From Escherichia coli (lineage in GTDB: Bacteria > Pseudomonadota > Gammaproteobacteria > Enterobacterales > Enterobacteriaceae): DNA of 64,000 nt. Below are positions 42,080 through 51,960 of the stretch, piece after piece. Under the pieces are notes generated by a model. That model saw only the letters and a list, made by a program, of their open reading frames with translations. It did no database searches and was not told where the DNA came from. The DNA lies in NCBI RefSeq assembly GCF_041886205.1, contig NZ_CP169029.1; one strand, given 5' to 3'. A program made the translations under genes and the position numbers. Position 1 is the stretch's first letter, and the number at the start of each line of letters is the position of its first letter.

Positions 42080-44413
42080 TTATGTCGCGGTGGTTTCGTC
42101 GCACCGGGGCAGCCAGTCGGCGTTGCTTTCCTCCCTGAGCGCAAGGTTCGTCTGCATCCCCTGATTTGTTCGCCGCCTGGCGTAATTCAGCCCGTACTCT
42201 TTCAGCATCGATGACAGCCCTTTGCCGAACATGGTCAGGCTGAGGGTGTTCTTGTAGCCGTGCGCCTCCATGTAAACCAGATAGGCGTGATACAGGTACA
42301 GGCGCGGCTGTCGCGGGATGATATTCGCATTCCCCATGTACATACCGTCAGGCTCGGGCAGCGCCTCCAGATAGCCACAAAAATCGAATGTCGGGTCAGC
42401 GTCGCGCTTGATGCTGAGTGCCTCGTCGGAGTTCTGCTGCGACTGGAGCAGTGTGCGCGCGGTCATCGGGTCGCTGAACGTCTGCATAAGCTGACGCACG
42501 ATGACGGCCAGCTCGCGGGCAATTTTATCTTTCAGCTTCGGGTCACGCTCCTCCGGGGCAATCTGTTCCGGGAAGTGCATTATCACCCGGCGACGCGACA
42601 CGCCGCCGCTGCGGTCGGTGAAGCGCATCGGATTGTTGTTTACGGCCAGTATCACCGCCGGAATATGGGTGGAGTACGCATCGCGGTATTTCGGGTCAAC
42701 CGAGACCGCATCCCCGCCGGTGATGGCCTTGAGTCCTGCCCCGTCACCGCTCCATTTCTCCTGGTCAGGCAGACGTATCAGCGAGAAGCCAATCAGCGCC
42801 GCGCGCTCGCGGGGGGATTCCAGCGTTTCGATAGTCGCTGACGTGGCGTTATCTTCCCCGGCGAGCATGGTCGCTATTTCGGCCAGAATACTTTTCCCGC
42901 TGCCACCGGGACCGGTCACTTCGAGGAAGAGCTGCCAGTCGTAGCGGTTCGCCAGCACCATAAACAGCGCGGCGAGTATCACGTCACGTTTATCGGCACG
43001 CGAACCGGCGGCGCGGTCGAGCCAGCGCCAGAAATTCGGCGCGTGCGTCTCCAGCGTTTCCCCCTCCACCGGCGGGGTGAAATCCACGTCGCACAGGGTG
43101 CGCAGCCAGTGCGTTTTGCTGTGCGGGCTGAATATACCGGTACTGGTATCAAGCACGCCGTTGCGAAAGCCAATCAGCCGCCGTGGCGGGGCATCCTGCT
43201 GCGGAATAATCAGTTTCAGGGTGTCCACCACCGAGGCAATTTTCCCCGACGAAAACGGGGCGCGCAGACGCTGGAACAGCCCGGCCACGTCGCGCGCAAA
43301 GTCTGACGGCGGAATGATTTTCCATATACCGGCTTCATAGCGGGACAGGAGCTGCCCGTTCGCATCCACCGCCAGCGCTTCGCCGTAATGCTCATGCACC
43401 CGCATGGCTTTCTCACTGGTGCTCATGGCGGTAAATTCCGCCTCGCTCATGGTAGAGAAAGGGCTTTCAGCCGGTGGCCGGATGGCGTCATACATGGCTT
43501 TACGCGTGGCCTCCCCACCGTGCTGTGTATACGCATCATTCCAGTCACCGAACACCGGCGGCAGGGCGACCACGCCCTCACAGGACTCTGCGGCCGCAGA
43601 CGCTTTGGTCTGGCCGTCGCCGTTAAGGTCACGGTCGGCGGCAATGACAATCCGGCAGGCCGGGTATTTGTGACGGGCAAGGCTCGCCAGAGAAAGGAGG
43701 TTCACCGACGACAGCGCCACCATGACGGTTTCGCCGGTCAGGTGATGCACGGTGAGCGCGGTCGCGTAGCCCTCCGCTATCCACAGCCGTTTTCCCGCCT
43801 CTTTTTTCCCGTCGAGAATATGACATGTCCCTTTTACCTGCCCCCCTTTCAGGGTGCGCTTGAGACCGTCCGCGTTAATGAGCTGGACGTTAACCAGTGC
43901 GCCGCTATCGTCATACAGCGGGACAACCACATCCCCGGCACGGTACGTCACACCGCCGGTTTTGTGCATGGCCGTCAGTACCTGACATTCCCGGCCGGGA
44001 AAGCCCTTGCGGGTGAGGTAGGCGTTGCCGGTGGCCGGTTGGGTTTTCTCCATCAGTCTGGCGGCCAGCGCGGCCGCCGCTTTGCGGTCGGCCTCCGTTT
44101 CAGCGTCTGCGGCCGCAGTCACCGCCGGGGATACCGGAGGCAGGTTGCCGGTCACGGCGTTCACCTTCCCGGCCGCCTCTGACGGGGTCACGCCGAACAC
44201 TTTCTCAACCAGTTTCAGACCGTCCCCCGCGCCGCACTGGTTACAGAACCACGTCCCGCGTCCCTCCTTATCGTCAAAGCGAAAGCGGTCGGAGCCGCCA
44301 CACACCGGACAGGCCTGATGACGGTTTTTGATGACCGTTACCCCCAGCGCCGGGAGAATGCGCGGCCAGTGGCCGCACGCCTGTTTCACGGTGTCCGTTA
44401 CGTTCATTTTCAT
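42080..44413 (-). CDS. P4 alpha-type primase-helicase
   Basis: 777 aa; N-terminal zinc-binding primase region CPVCGGSDRFRFDDKEGRGTWFCNQCG; Walker A-like GPGGSGKS. Confidence 0.85.
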   Translation of the reverse strand: MKMNVTDTVKQACGHWPRILPALGVTVIKNRHQACPVCGGSDRFRFDDKEGRGTWFCNQCGAGDGLKLVEKVFGVTPSEAAGKVNAVTGNLPPVSPAVTAAADAETEADRKAAAALAARLMEKTQPATGNAYLTRKGFPGRECQVLTAMHKTGGVTYRAGDVVVPLYDDSGALVNVQLINADGLKRTLKGGQVKGTCHILDGKKEAGKRLWIAEGYATALTVHHLTGETVMVALSSVNLLSLASLARHKYPACRIVIAADRDLNGDGQTKASAAAESCEGVVALPPVFGDWNDAYTQHGGEATRKAMYDAIRPPAESPFSTMSEAEFTAMSTSEKAMRVHEHYGEALAVDANGQLLSRYEAGIWKIIPPSDFARDVAGLFQRLRAPFSSGKIASVVDTLKLIIPQQDAPPRRLIGFRNGVLDTSTGIFSPHSKTHWLRTLCDVDFTPPVEGETLETHAPNFWRWLDRAAGSRADKRDVILAALFMVLANRYDWQLFLEVTGPGGSGKSILAEIATMLAGEDNATSATIETLESPRERAALIGFSLIRLPDQEKWSGDGAGLKAITGGDAVSVDPKYRDAYSTHIPAVILAVNNNPMRFTDRSGGVSRRRVIMHFPEQIAPEERDPKLKDKIARELAVIVRQLMQTFSDPMTARTLLQSQQNSDEALSIKRDADPTFDFCGYLEALPEPDGMYMGNANIIPRQPRLYLYHAYLVYMEAHGYKNTLSLTMFGKGLSSMLKEYGLNYARRRTNQGMQTNLALREESNADWLPRCDETTAT

Positions 44414-44424
44414 GGTGTTCTCCC

Positions 44425-44745
44425 TCAGTGCAGCGCCGGTGCGGTGATATGACGGGCGCAGAGTTCATCCATCACGGCCAGCCCGAGAAAGGACAGCGAC
44501 GGCGCGGCCTTGAGTGGTCCGGCTTCCATTAAATCTTCGAGCAGGGCACAGGCAATCTGACGGCCTTTTTCCTCGCCATGCTGGCGCAGGTAGAAGCCCT
44601 CCAGCTCGGTCGCAATGGCGCTTTCCAGCGTACTGAGCGTGAGCTGCGGGTAGCGGTGCTGACGTTCGCACAGGGTCAGCCATGCACAGGCCACGGCGCG
44701 GCGATAGAGCGCGGCGCGTAAGACGGGCGTTAATGGCTTTTTCAT
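44425..44745 (-). CDS. Hypothetical protein, 106 aa (same size and position as P4 orf106)
   Basis: ORF immediately upstream of the primase, start overlapping the upstream ORF stop. Confidence 0.45.
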   Translation of the reverse strand: MKKPLTPVLRAALYRRAVACAWLTLCERQHRYPQLTLSTLESAIATELEGFYLRQHGEEKGRQIACALLEDLMEAGPLKAAPSLSFLGLAVMDELCARHITAPALH

Positions 44746-45047
44746 ACGTTGCGCTCCCCGGCCAGCCAGCGCTGATTGCAGCGTTCGACCACACCTTCAA
44801 GCCGGGCGGTCATGAGGTAAATCACCGAGGTGAGCTGTAGCTGCTGCGCCGGATTGTGGCGCAAAGAGGTGCAGTCCTGCACCTGCATCAGTTCGCCGAC
44901 GAGCTGGCCGACGTTGCGAAGATGTTCGAGGCATTCGAGGTCTGCCCGGCTGATGGTGGGCTGGTTTATATTCTGCGACCGTTCCGTACTGTTAACAGGC
45001 ATTATTTCGTCTCCTGAGGACGTGCGTATCCCTGCGCAGATACGCAC
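44742..45047 (-). CDS. Hypothetical P4-like small protein, 101 aa
   Basis: Translationally coupled to neighbouring ORFs in the primase-upstream cluster. Confidence 0.45.
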   Translation of the reverse strand: MRICAGIRTSSGDEIMPVNSTERSQNINQPTISRADLECLEHLRNVGQLVGELMQVQDCTSLRHNPAQQLQLTSVIYLMTARLEGVVERCNQRWLAGERNV

Positions 45048-45073
45048 ATTTTATTTTGGGGTGTCGTTTTTAA

Positions 45074-45523
45074 TTACAGATAACGGCGGTAGCTGTTATC
45101 CGGTTTTATTTCCGTTTCCAGCCTGAAATTATTCCGCCATTTATGCGCCACCGGCGCCGGGCGTTTAACCGGGGGAATATCATCAGGATAGTTATCGATA
45201 TTCCGCGCCCGGTATTGCTGTAATGCCGGGTCGGCCGCTATTTCGCGTAATACGGCGTGGCGGTTTTCAGGGTTGCGCTTAAATACATCGGGATGCTCAC
45301 AGGTAAAGTCCCGCAAAAAACGACTGAGCGGAATTTCTGCCATACGGCCACCGGCAATAATACGAATGAGGATGGTGTAGGTGCGCCGGTAAGGGTTCCA
45401 GACCAGCCCCGGACAGCGGTACGGCATATCCCACGGAATACCGTCGGCCAGCACGCCCGACACCACCACATCAGGAAATCCTGTACAGCGATATGTTTCG
45501 CCCGGCTGAGGGAAATCAAACAT
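45074..45523 (-). CDS. Hypothetical P4-like protein, about 149 aa
   Basis: ORF 45074-45565 trimmed to ATG at 45523, which overlaps the stop of the upstream small gene. Confidence 0.4.
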   Translation of the reverse strand: MFDFPQPGETYRCTGFPDVVVSGVLADGIPWDMPYRCPGLVWNPYRRTYTILIRIIAGGRMAEIPLSRFLRDFTCEHPDVFKRNPENRHAVLREIAADPALQQYRARNIDNYPDDIPPVKRPAPVAHKWRNNFRLETEIKPDNSYRRYL

Positions 45524-45815
45524 GGTGCTCCCCTCCGTTTCCCGACGTCGTGGCGAGAAAGTCACGGCACAGGCCTTTGGCTTTCAGCTCTTCCAGGACG
45601 TAGCTGACGTCCTCATGGATATAACTAAAAATCTGCGGCAGGTATAGCTGGTGTAAACCGTTCAGCTCACGGCGCAGCAAATCTCCACCGATGAACTGCG
45701 AGACGGCGCTGGCGCGATTGAGTTTATGGTACGCCTCAATGCTGAGGTGTTCCTGCATGGGGTTAAGGTCATCACGACGCGCTGAGATGGTCTGAGGGGT
45801 GTTTTTATTATGCAT
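45516..45815 (-). CDS. Hypothetical small protein, 99 aa
   Basis: ATG at 45815 preceded by a GGAGG RBS; the N-terminal part of the longer listed ORF is low-complexity and probably not translated. Confidence 0.4.
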   Translation of the reverse strand: MHNKNTPQTISARRDDLNPMQEHLSIEAYHKLNRASAVSQFIGGDLLRRELNGLHQLYLPQIFSYIHEDVSYVLEELKAKGLCRDFLATTSGNGGEHHV

Positions 45816-46403
45816 GTGACACCTCCACAACCGGCAGACGGGCGGCAAGGGAAAGCACGTATTCCCGGACAAGGGTGCGGCGGGCGGCCAGCTCGTCACC
45901 GGCCACGGTGCGGAGCATACAGATACGGGGTTTACGGTCTGCACGACGGACGGCGGCAAACACAAAGACAAACTGAGGGTGTGACGGGGTGAGGGTCGTA
46001 GCCATAAGGCAACCTCCTTCGAGTAGCAAATTATTGCTATCGCCGGAGTTCTCACGCTCAGTGGCGATAGCCCAGACGGGGGTGAGAATACCGGCCTCGA
46101 AGAATACCGGCCAGCCCGAGGGCTGCCCCGCCTGAGCTACCATTGACATGACAGCATGATATGCGATTGCGGACAGGAGACACAAAGTGACGTCTGCACG
46201 ACGATCCGCACACCACGCCATTATCTGGCGCTCTGTGGCGTTAGTTGCGACACAAAAAAAGACGCATGGCGCGTCTGGTGTCGCCTTCGAGTTACTCGGG
46301 TTCTCACGCCCGGTTACCGATTTTGCGGCAACAGCAAAACTGTACCAGGAAACACACAACGGATGCAAGCCAGAAAAAGGGGCTTTGTGAAATCGGCTCT
46401 GAT

Positions 46404-46622
46404 TCATGCGTCGTATTTCCGGTTGCGGTGCGCGACACGTTCTTCCATCCATGCCGTGATTTCAGACTGTAGCCAGGCGACATTTTTACCCCCGAGGGAA
46501 ACCTGCGCCGGGAAAGCGTTACGGGCGATTAAATCGTAGAGCGTGGAGCGGGACAGGCCGCACTGATGAATGACTTCCGGGAGACGTAAAAAACGTTCCT
46601 GAGTCGGGGCTGAAACCGGCAT
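46404..46622 (-). CDS. alpA: AlpA-family transcriptional regulator of the P4-like element
   Basis: [49 protein letters not shown] matches the AlpA HTH family; start trimmed to MPVSAP. Confidence 0.7.
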   Translation of the reverse strand: MPVSAPTQERFLRLPEVIHQCGLSRSTLYDLIARNAFPAQVSLGGKNVAWLQSEITAWMEERVAHRNRKYDA

Positions 46623-46944
46623 CGGGTGCGCGGCAGTGGGGGACGGTGGTGCTGATGAAACTGTGTGCATAACGCTACCTCGTTAATATCCGCAGAGATC
46701 CGGACGTATCCGTCCGGTATCAGGTAGCGCTCTATTTTGTGAATATTTTTCTTCAATGCAACAGAGGCATGTTGTGTCGTGGAGCAGTTTTGTCTGTTAT
46801 TTAAGCAGCGACCTGAAAATATGAAAAATAATTGGCACATGACGCGCTGAGACGTTCATAAATCACAGTCAATTGATATCGCCTATCAATAGATAAAAAT
46901 ATAATTATTAAAACAATGACTCTCTAAAAGGAGCTTGCCGAAAC

Positions 46945-47050
46945 CAGTGAACAGTAGTGAACAGTTGGTGAACACTTTTCTCTCAACTGTTCACTCTTTA
47001 ATTTATTGTTTTATTTATATTTTTATACTGAGTGAACAGTAGTGAATAGT
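46945..47050. promoter_or_regulatory. Second TGAACAGT iteron cluster, P4 crr-like
   Basis: cagtgaacagtagtgaacagttggtgaacac ... caactgttcac ... gagtgaacagtagtgaatagt, about 5 kb from the ori-like cluster. Confidence 0.5.
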
Positions 47051-47218
47051 TATATGTAAAAAAACAAATAGAGTGAGGGGTTTTCCTGCGACCTTTCTCT
47101 GGCCAGCCGGGTTTTTAAGTCCTGTTTGTGCCATGTCTGCGACAACGGCAATGAATCGAGTTGTTGTCTGAGGGACGGCAGAATGGCGTCAGGTTGAAAA
47201 CACAGAGAGAACCCGACG

Positions 47219-48022
47219 ATGAAACCAGATTTGTTTACCGCAGTAATGAAAACCATCGGCAGCACGCAGGATGAGAACATCCGCACGGCCATTGACAGCG
47301 CACTGGATACCCTTAACGAGAAAGCAAACCAGAACGCAGAGGCCACGATAAATAATGCGCTTGAGGCATTCAGCAAGGCCAAATCCGCGCACACGGAAAA
47401 TATGCTGAAACTGAATGATATTGATGCGGCCATTACCCGCAGTGAGAAAGAGCGTCAGAACGCCCTGAATGAAAGTGCCGAAGCGGAACAGAACTGGCGT
47501 ACCCGTTTTCGCGAACTGCGCGGCATGATGACCCCGGAACTGAAAGCCGAACACAGTCAGCGAGTGGCCGGTCGGGAGCTGGCGGAGGAATTCACCGCCC
47601 TGATTGATGAGCTCAACGATGATAAAGCCAGTACCATGCTGGCCGCCTGTACATCAGGAGATAAGTACGTCGGCACGCATTTTACGGTGTTCTCTGCCTA
47701 CTCCCGGAATGAGTGGGCGACCGTGATGAAAGACATCCCTCCCTCACTGGTGCGCGCATTTGCGTTACGTCTGCGTGAACTCGAAATGAAAGGAGAAGAA
47801 CACCCTCACAACGTTCTCATTCAGGAACTGGGGGAGAATGTACTGGCGCAAAGCAGGTACTACACATTCAACATGGCGCAGGAGCCGGTAATTTCAAAAA
47901 TTGGGCTTCACCGTCCGGCACTCACCGGCGTGGATATGAAACTCTATAAAAGCCCGGTTCTCAGAATGGCGCGGGCTAAAGAGCTGGCACAGAAGAAAAA
48001 ATCGCGGGGGGTTAAGCCATGA
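47219..48022 (+). CDS. Possible Sid-like capsid size determination protein
   Basis: 267-aa alpha-helical protein immediately upstream of the Delta and Psu homologs, in the P4 sid-delta-psu order. Confidence 0.4.
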   Translation: MKPDLFTAVMKTIGSTQDENIRTAIDSALDTLNEKANQNAEATINNALEAFSKAKSAHTENMLKLNDIDAAITRSEKERQNALNESAEAEQNWRTRFRELRGMMTPELKAEHSQRVAGRELAEEFTALIDELNDDKASTMLAACTSGDKYVGTHFTVFSAYSRNEWATVMKDIPPSLVRAFALRLRELEMKGEEHPHNVLIQELGENVLAQSRYYTFNMAQEPVISKIGLHRPALTGVDMKLYKSPVLRMARAKELAQKKKSRGVKP

Positions 48023-48261
48023 TGCGCTGTCCGTACTGCAAACAGGCTGCCCATGTCCGTACCAGCCGTTACCTGTCGGATAACGTCAAACAGAGCTACC
48101 TCCAGTGCGTGAATGTCTTTTGCTCCGCAACCTTTCGCACCACCGAGTCTATCGACGAGGTAATACGGCCACCGGCAGAAGAAAAGCCCGAACCGCCGCA
48201 GACAGTACCAGAAACACCGCCCCGAATTCTGGACTGCGCCCGGTCATCGCTGCGCCACTGA
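48019..48261 (+). CDS. Ogr/Delta-family zinc-finger late transcription activator
   Basis: CPYCKQAAHVRTSRYLSDNVKQSYLQCVNVFCSATF matches the Ogr/Delta C-x2-C...C-x4-C pattern. Confidence 0.8.
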   Translation: MMRCPYCKQAAHVRTSRYLSDNVKQSYLQCVNVFCSATFRTTESIDEVIRPPAEEKPEPPQTVPETPPRILDCARSSLRH

Positions 48262-48277
48262 TTCAGGAGAAAAGACA

Positions 48278-48853
48278 ATGGCACGAGCACTACTGGAACA
48301 GGCCTTTGAAACCTGTCAGAAGAATAAATCGGACTGGGTGAGCAGCAAGTCAGCACTGGCGCGGGCTGAAATGGCGCTGAAAGAGCTGGAGCTGACCTGC
48401 ACCCGTTATGAACCGGAGGCCGCACAGGCGCTGCGGGATGATATTGACCTGAAAAAATGGGCGGTAAATCAGTCGGCCGGGCAGTACATCCGGTCACATG
48501 AGGCCGTGCAGCGTATCAGTATCCGGCGTCAGCTCCACGCCTTTATGCAGGTAAGCGGCGACGCGCTGGCCGCCGCACTGGCACCGGAATTAATGCATCT
48601 CTGCGAACAACCTGACATTGTCAGAGAACGGGCTCTCGACCGGGCGGCCGCCAGTGTTCGCGAAGCGCTGTCCGTTTATGTAACCCGCGGAGGAAATATT
48701 GATTACGCAGAGGATGATCGCGACATTCTGACAACCATCGGTTTCCGGCCTGACAGAGCATCGAGAGACGACAACCGGGCAAAATATACGCCTGAACAGA
48801 GTCAGATTTTCATGCGCCGACAGGCCGCGCAGACCCGCAAAAAATCCGCATAA
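48278..48853 (+). CDS. Psu-like polarity suppression protein
   Basis: 191 aa; remembered Psu-like motifs (KKWAVNQSAGQYIRSHEAVQ, AAALAPELM, DILTTIGFRPD); position after delta. Confidence 0.6.
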   Translation: MARALLEQAFETCQKNKSDWVSSKSALARAEMALKELELTCTRYEPEAAQALRDDIDLKKWAVNQSAGQYIRSHEAVQRISIRRQLHAFMQVSGDALAAALAPELMHLCEQPDIVRERALDRAAASVREALSVYVTRGGNIDYAEDDRDILTTIGFRPDRASRDDNRAKYTPEQSQIFMRRQAAQTRKKSA

Positions 48854-49113
48854 AACGCCCCGAAAATACCCGTCTTTTTAATAAAAATAGCCATGCATGC
48901 CTACGCTGCATGGCTTTGCATGCAAAAACCTGAATTTTCCACACCCCGCCGCACCAGCACTGGCGCGGCCTGAGTCCCTTCATGCGCCTGCATTAAAAGT
49001 GCCCCACGAAGCGGGCAGGCGTGGCGGGGAGAGCATTGCGCGCCAAGCGATATATAATTAATTAATGAAGAAGGATAGAATTAACCATATAGCCATAAAA
49101 AAGGATGCGGGTG

Positions 49114-50685
49114 ATGAAGGCGAGTGATATGCAGCACTTATGTAATATAGCCAGAGAGCTTGTTTCTGATGGCAAGTTTGAAAAGGCGTATGAGTTCACG
49201 TTGCAGATTTATAAATCCCTTGACGAAAATATCTTTGGGGATAATTACTATATACTTCTTTATAATATGGCTGCGAATTTTGTTGATATAGGAGGAATGC
49301 AACCGAATAAAGAGGCTTCTCTGCTAGGCTATAACTTAATGAATGAGCACTTTGACTCTTTTTCTAAAATTATGGATGAATCTACGCTCTATTATAACCT
49401 AGCAAACGCAAAGTCAAACTTGGTTGAAAAAGGCAGTGTTTTTAAACAAACGTTTACAACAATTGAGGATATGGTGGATGTAAAAAATTTATACTGGAAG
49501 GCATTTAAATTACTCGGTGATGATAATACTATATATAGCAAAGAACTGAAGGTCAATTTAGCAAACTCACTCAAGCAACAGTTTAGAGTTGTAGAGTCTA
49601 TTTCATATTATGATGATGTTATTTCCTCGGGGGAAGATATACCGCAAGCATGGATTAACAGGTCTGAAGCCTTAATGCTATTGCTGCAACTCTCTGGTTC
49701 TCATACTATAAAGCATATAAGAGAGATTAGACTTGGATATATGAAAGCAATTGAATCAACAGAGATGCCACCGCCATGGAAACCACACTTTCAATCACGT
49801 GCTGAAAAACTCACGGAAGATATAATCGAAATGTCGGGAAAACCATTTTTTGAAAAAGAAGATGAGCTTGATGAAAAACAGACGCTAGAAGAATATAGCA
49901 AACTTAATAATTATCAAAAATTCGTTTTAGATAACCACTTTGTTCTTTCTGAGCATGGGGTGTATTGTCCTTGCGTAGTTGGGGCTAAAGATAACCTAAC
50001 AATATTACCAACACATAATGATGTTTCTGGTGATTTTATTATTCCCATGGAAATGGTTTTGAATAGGCTAAAGTCTGAATATGCTTTGGCAAGGCGCTCG
50101 TTATTCGAGTATGAGTACATGGAGGAAGTTGATGATGTGGCCTGTTATTCAGAGTTGTATAACGATGAAGTTTTAAATGTTGGTGTTGAGAAGATAAGAA
50201 ATGCATTTCGTATATGTTTTGGTGTGTTAGATAAAATAGCTATTGCAATATGTGAGTTATACGATGTTTATCCAGCCAATAAAATAGTGTACTTTGAAAA
50301 TTTTTGGCAATTAAACCAAAATGGGCGAAGGGATAAGTTTGAAGAAATAAAAACTCCAGCTTTACTGGCTTTATATAGTCTAGCTACTGACCTAAATGAT
50401 AGAAAGAATGGTGAATTATCCTTTTATAAGGATTGGAGAAATGATTTGGAACATAATATAGTGATCGTTCATAAAGATTGCGAGCCTTTAGATATATATA
50501 ATTCCTACGGTTACATGAAGAATATTAGGTTGATATCGGAGTCTGATTTTACTAGACATTTTAAAGTGTTATTGCAAATAGTACGCTCAGCAATTTTTCT
50601 TTTTACCTTTATGGTAAGAGAAGAGGGGGGTAAAAGTAACAAGGATTCATTTTTGATATCAAACTCACTAGATTGGAAAATATGA
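49114..50685 (+). CDS. Hotspot cargo: TPR-like N-terminus plus C-terminal HEPN-like domain, candidate abortive-infection protein
   Basis: AT-rich 523-aa ORF; TPR-like helical repeats; R-x4-H motif in WRNDLEHNIV; start trimmed from ORF 49105 for RBS spacing. Confidence 0.55.
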   Translation: MKASDMQHLCNIARELVSDGKFEKAYEFTLQIYKSLDENIFGDNYYILLYNMAANFVDIGGMQPNKEASLLGYNLMNEHFDSFSKIMDESTLYYNLANAKSNLVEKGSVFKQTFTTIEDMVDVKNLYWKAFKLLGDDNTIYSKELKVNLANSLKQQFRVVESISYYDDVISSGEDIPQAWINRSEALMLLLQLSGSHTIKHIREIRLGYMKAIESTEMPPPWKPHFQSRAEKLTEDIIEMSGKPFFEKEDELDEKQTLEEYSKLNNYQKFVLDNHFVLSEHGVYCPCVVGAKDNLTILPTHNDVSGDFIIPMEMVLNRLKSEYALARRSLFEYEYMEEVDDVACYSELYNDEVLNVGVEKIRNAFRICFGVLDKIAIAICELYDVYPANKIVYFENFWQLNQNGRRDKFEEIKTPALLALYSLATDLNDRKNGELSFYKDWRNDLEHNIVIVHKDCEPLDIYNSYGYMKNIRLISESDFTRHFKVLLQIVRSAIFLFTFMVREEGGKSNKDSFLISNSLDWKI

Positions 50686-50814
50686 AAACATTACGTTGCA
50701 AGTATATCTTGTATTCGTTCAACTTTGACCTGACACACCTCTGGCACAAAGCCCCAATCTCATAGGCGGTTCTATGCCAGGGGCTGAAAGTCTGTCTCTG
50801 GTAACATACACTTA

Positions 50815-51801
50815 TTATGTTATATTGAGGAAATCTGGGATATTAGCTGGTTCAAGGTCAAAAATATATTTAATGATTCCGGCTTTTAGGTTCTCCTCAA
50901 TTCCTTTCCTGAAATCTAGAATACTTGAGATTGTTGCATCATGTTGTAAATGATGTCGCCAGTGAACATCTTTTTCTCGACTATGAAAAGATAACAATCG
51001 GGTTAGAGCCATATGTGCGAACATTCCTGATTGTTCATCGATTGTATAATGGGCAACCACGTGGGAATCAGAATATGATTCTTTCGTAGAAAGATCCCAA
51101 GAATGAAATAATTGCTGAGCAATTGGTGATAGATCCCTTATTTGTTCATTTCTTCCGTTAGTGAAGTAAACATCATCTATGACGGTATGCCAGTTTTCTT
51201 GTGTCCCTTCATCTGTTTCAATGGTTTCAATAATATTTTCTTTCTTGAAACTTATATGAACACCTGAATTAACTTGTGGAGTGTAGGTGAAGTCACCTAA
51301 AACTTTACTCATTAAGCTATTACGCATTGCATCATTGAAATTAAGATTGAAATTTGTTTTTGCCTTTGTAAATAAATCTAGATCTACCAGGCTCCAAATT
51401 CCATGTCTTCTCCAGGCAATTAAAACGGGCAGCCCTAATAATTGGCCGTAAGCTCTTAATCTGGACACGTAATCTGGACGAAAAGACAAAACATTTCCCA
51501 TGTAAGATTTAACTTCAATCAAAACAGTAGTCTTGCCTGCGCCACGCACATTAAAATTTGCTAGTAAATCTGGAACCTGAAAAGTCTTGTTAGAAGTAGT
51601 TGGATACTGCTGTTGATCCAATTTATGGACTAGGTTGCATTGACCTAGCCAACCACAGATAATCGAAAACTCGTCTTCTAACGGGAGGCCAATATTAAGT
51701 CTATTTACACGTTCAGCGATAGCCTTAGCGTCAGCCTCCCAACCCAGTTGCTCTAGAGATTCATGTATAAGTCTCTCTAAATCTGTCGGCTTATCTTTCA
51801 A
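50815..51801 (-). CDS. Hotspot cargo: putative PD-(D/E)xK-fold nuclease-like protein (328 aa)
   Basis: AT-rich ORF convergent with the HEPN-like gene; N-terminal motif FQVPDLL...VLIEVKS. Confidence 0.55.
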   Translation of the reverse strand: MKDKPTDLERLIHESLEQLGWEADAKAIAERVNRLNIGLPLEDEFSIICGWLGQCNLVHKLDQQQYPTTSNKTFQVPDLLANFNVRGAGKTTVLIEVKSYMGNVLSFRPDYVSRLRAYGQLLGLPVLIAWRRHGIWSLVDLDLFTKAKTNFNLNFNDAMRNSLMSKVLGDFTYTPQVNSGVHISFKKENIIETIETDEGTQENWHTVIDDVYFTNGRNEQIRDLSPIAQQLFHSWDLSTKESYSDSHVVAHYTIDEQSGMFAHMALTRLLSFHSREKDVHWRHHLQHDATISSILDFRKGIEENLKAGIIKYIFDLEPANIPDFLNIT

Positions 51802-51960
51802 GGTAGCTCCCTATAGGTTTAGTTCGAACTCAATAAGTTATATGTCATTAACATATTACAAAGTTATGCCATTATCGCTTAAAGCCGATCATCATGTAAG
51901 AATACATTATATCCGTGGCAACGGTTAGTGCTAATTCACAGATATACTGAGCAAAAATTT

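Noticed and set aside
43388-44182. 264-aa plus-strand ORF inside the primase gene
   Set aside because: Lies entirely within the alpha primase gene on the opposite strand; Arg/Gly-rich, no supporting signals.
45808-46452. 214-aa minus-strand ORF between alpA and the small-gene cluster
   Set aside because: N-terminal two thirds is not protein-like and overlaps alpA; only a short C-terminal part (about 45808-46005) might be a real small gene, which I did not call confidently.
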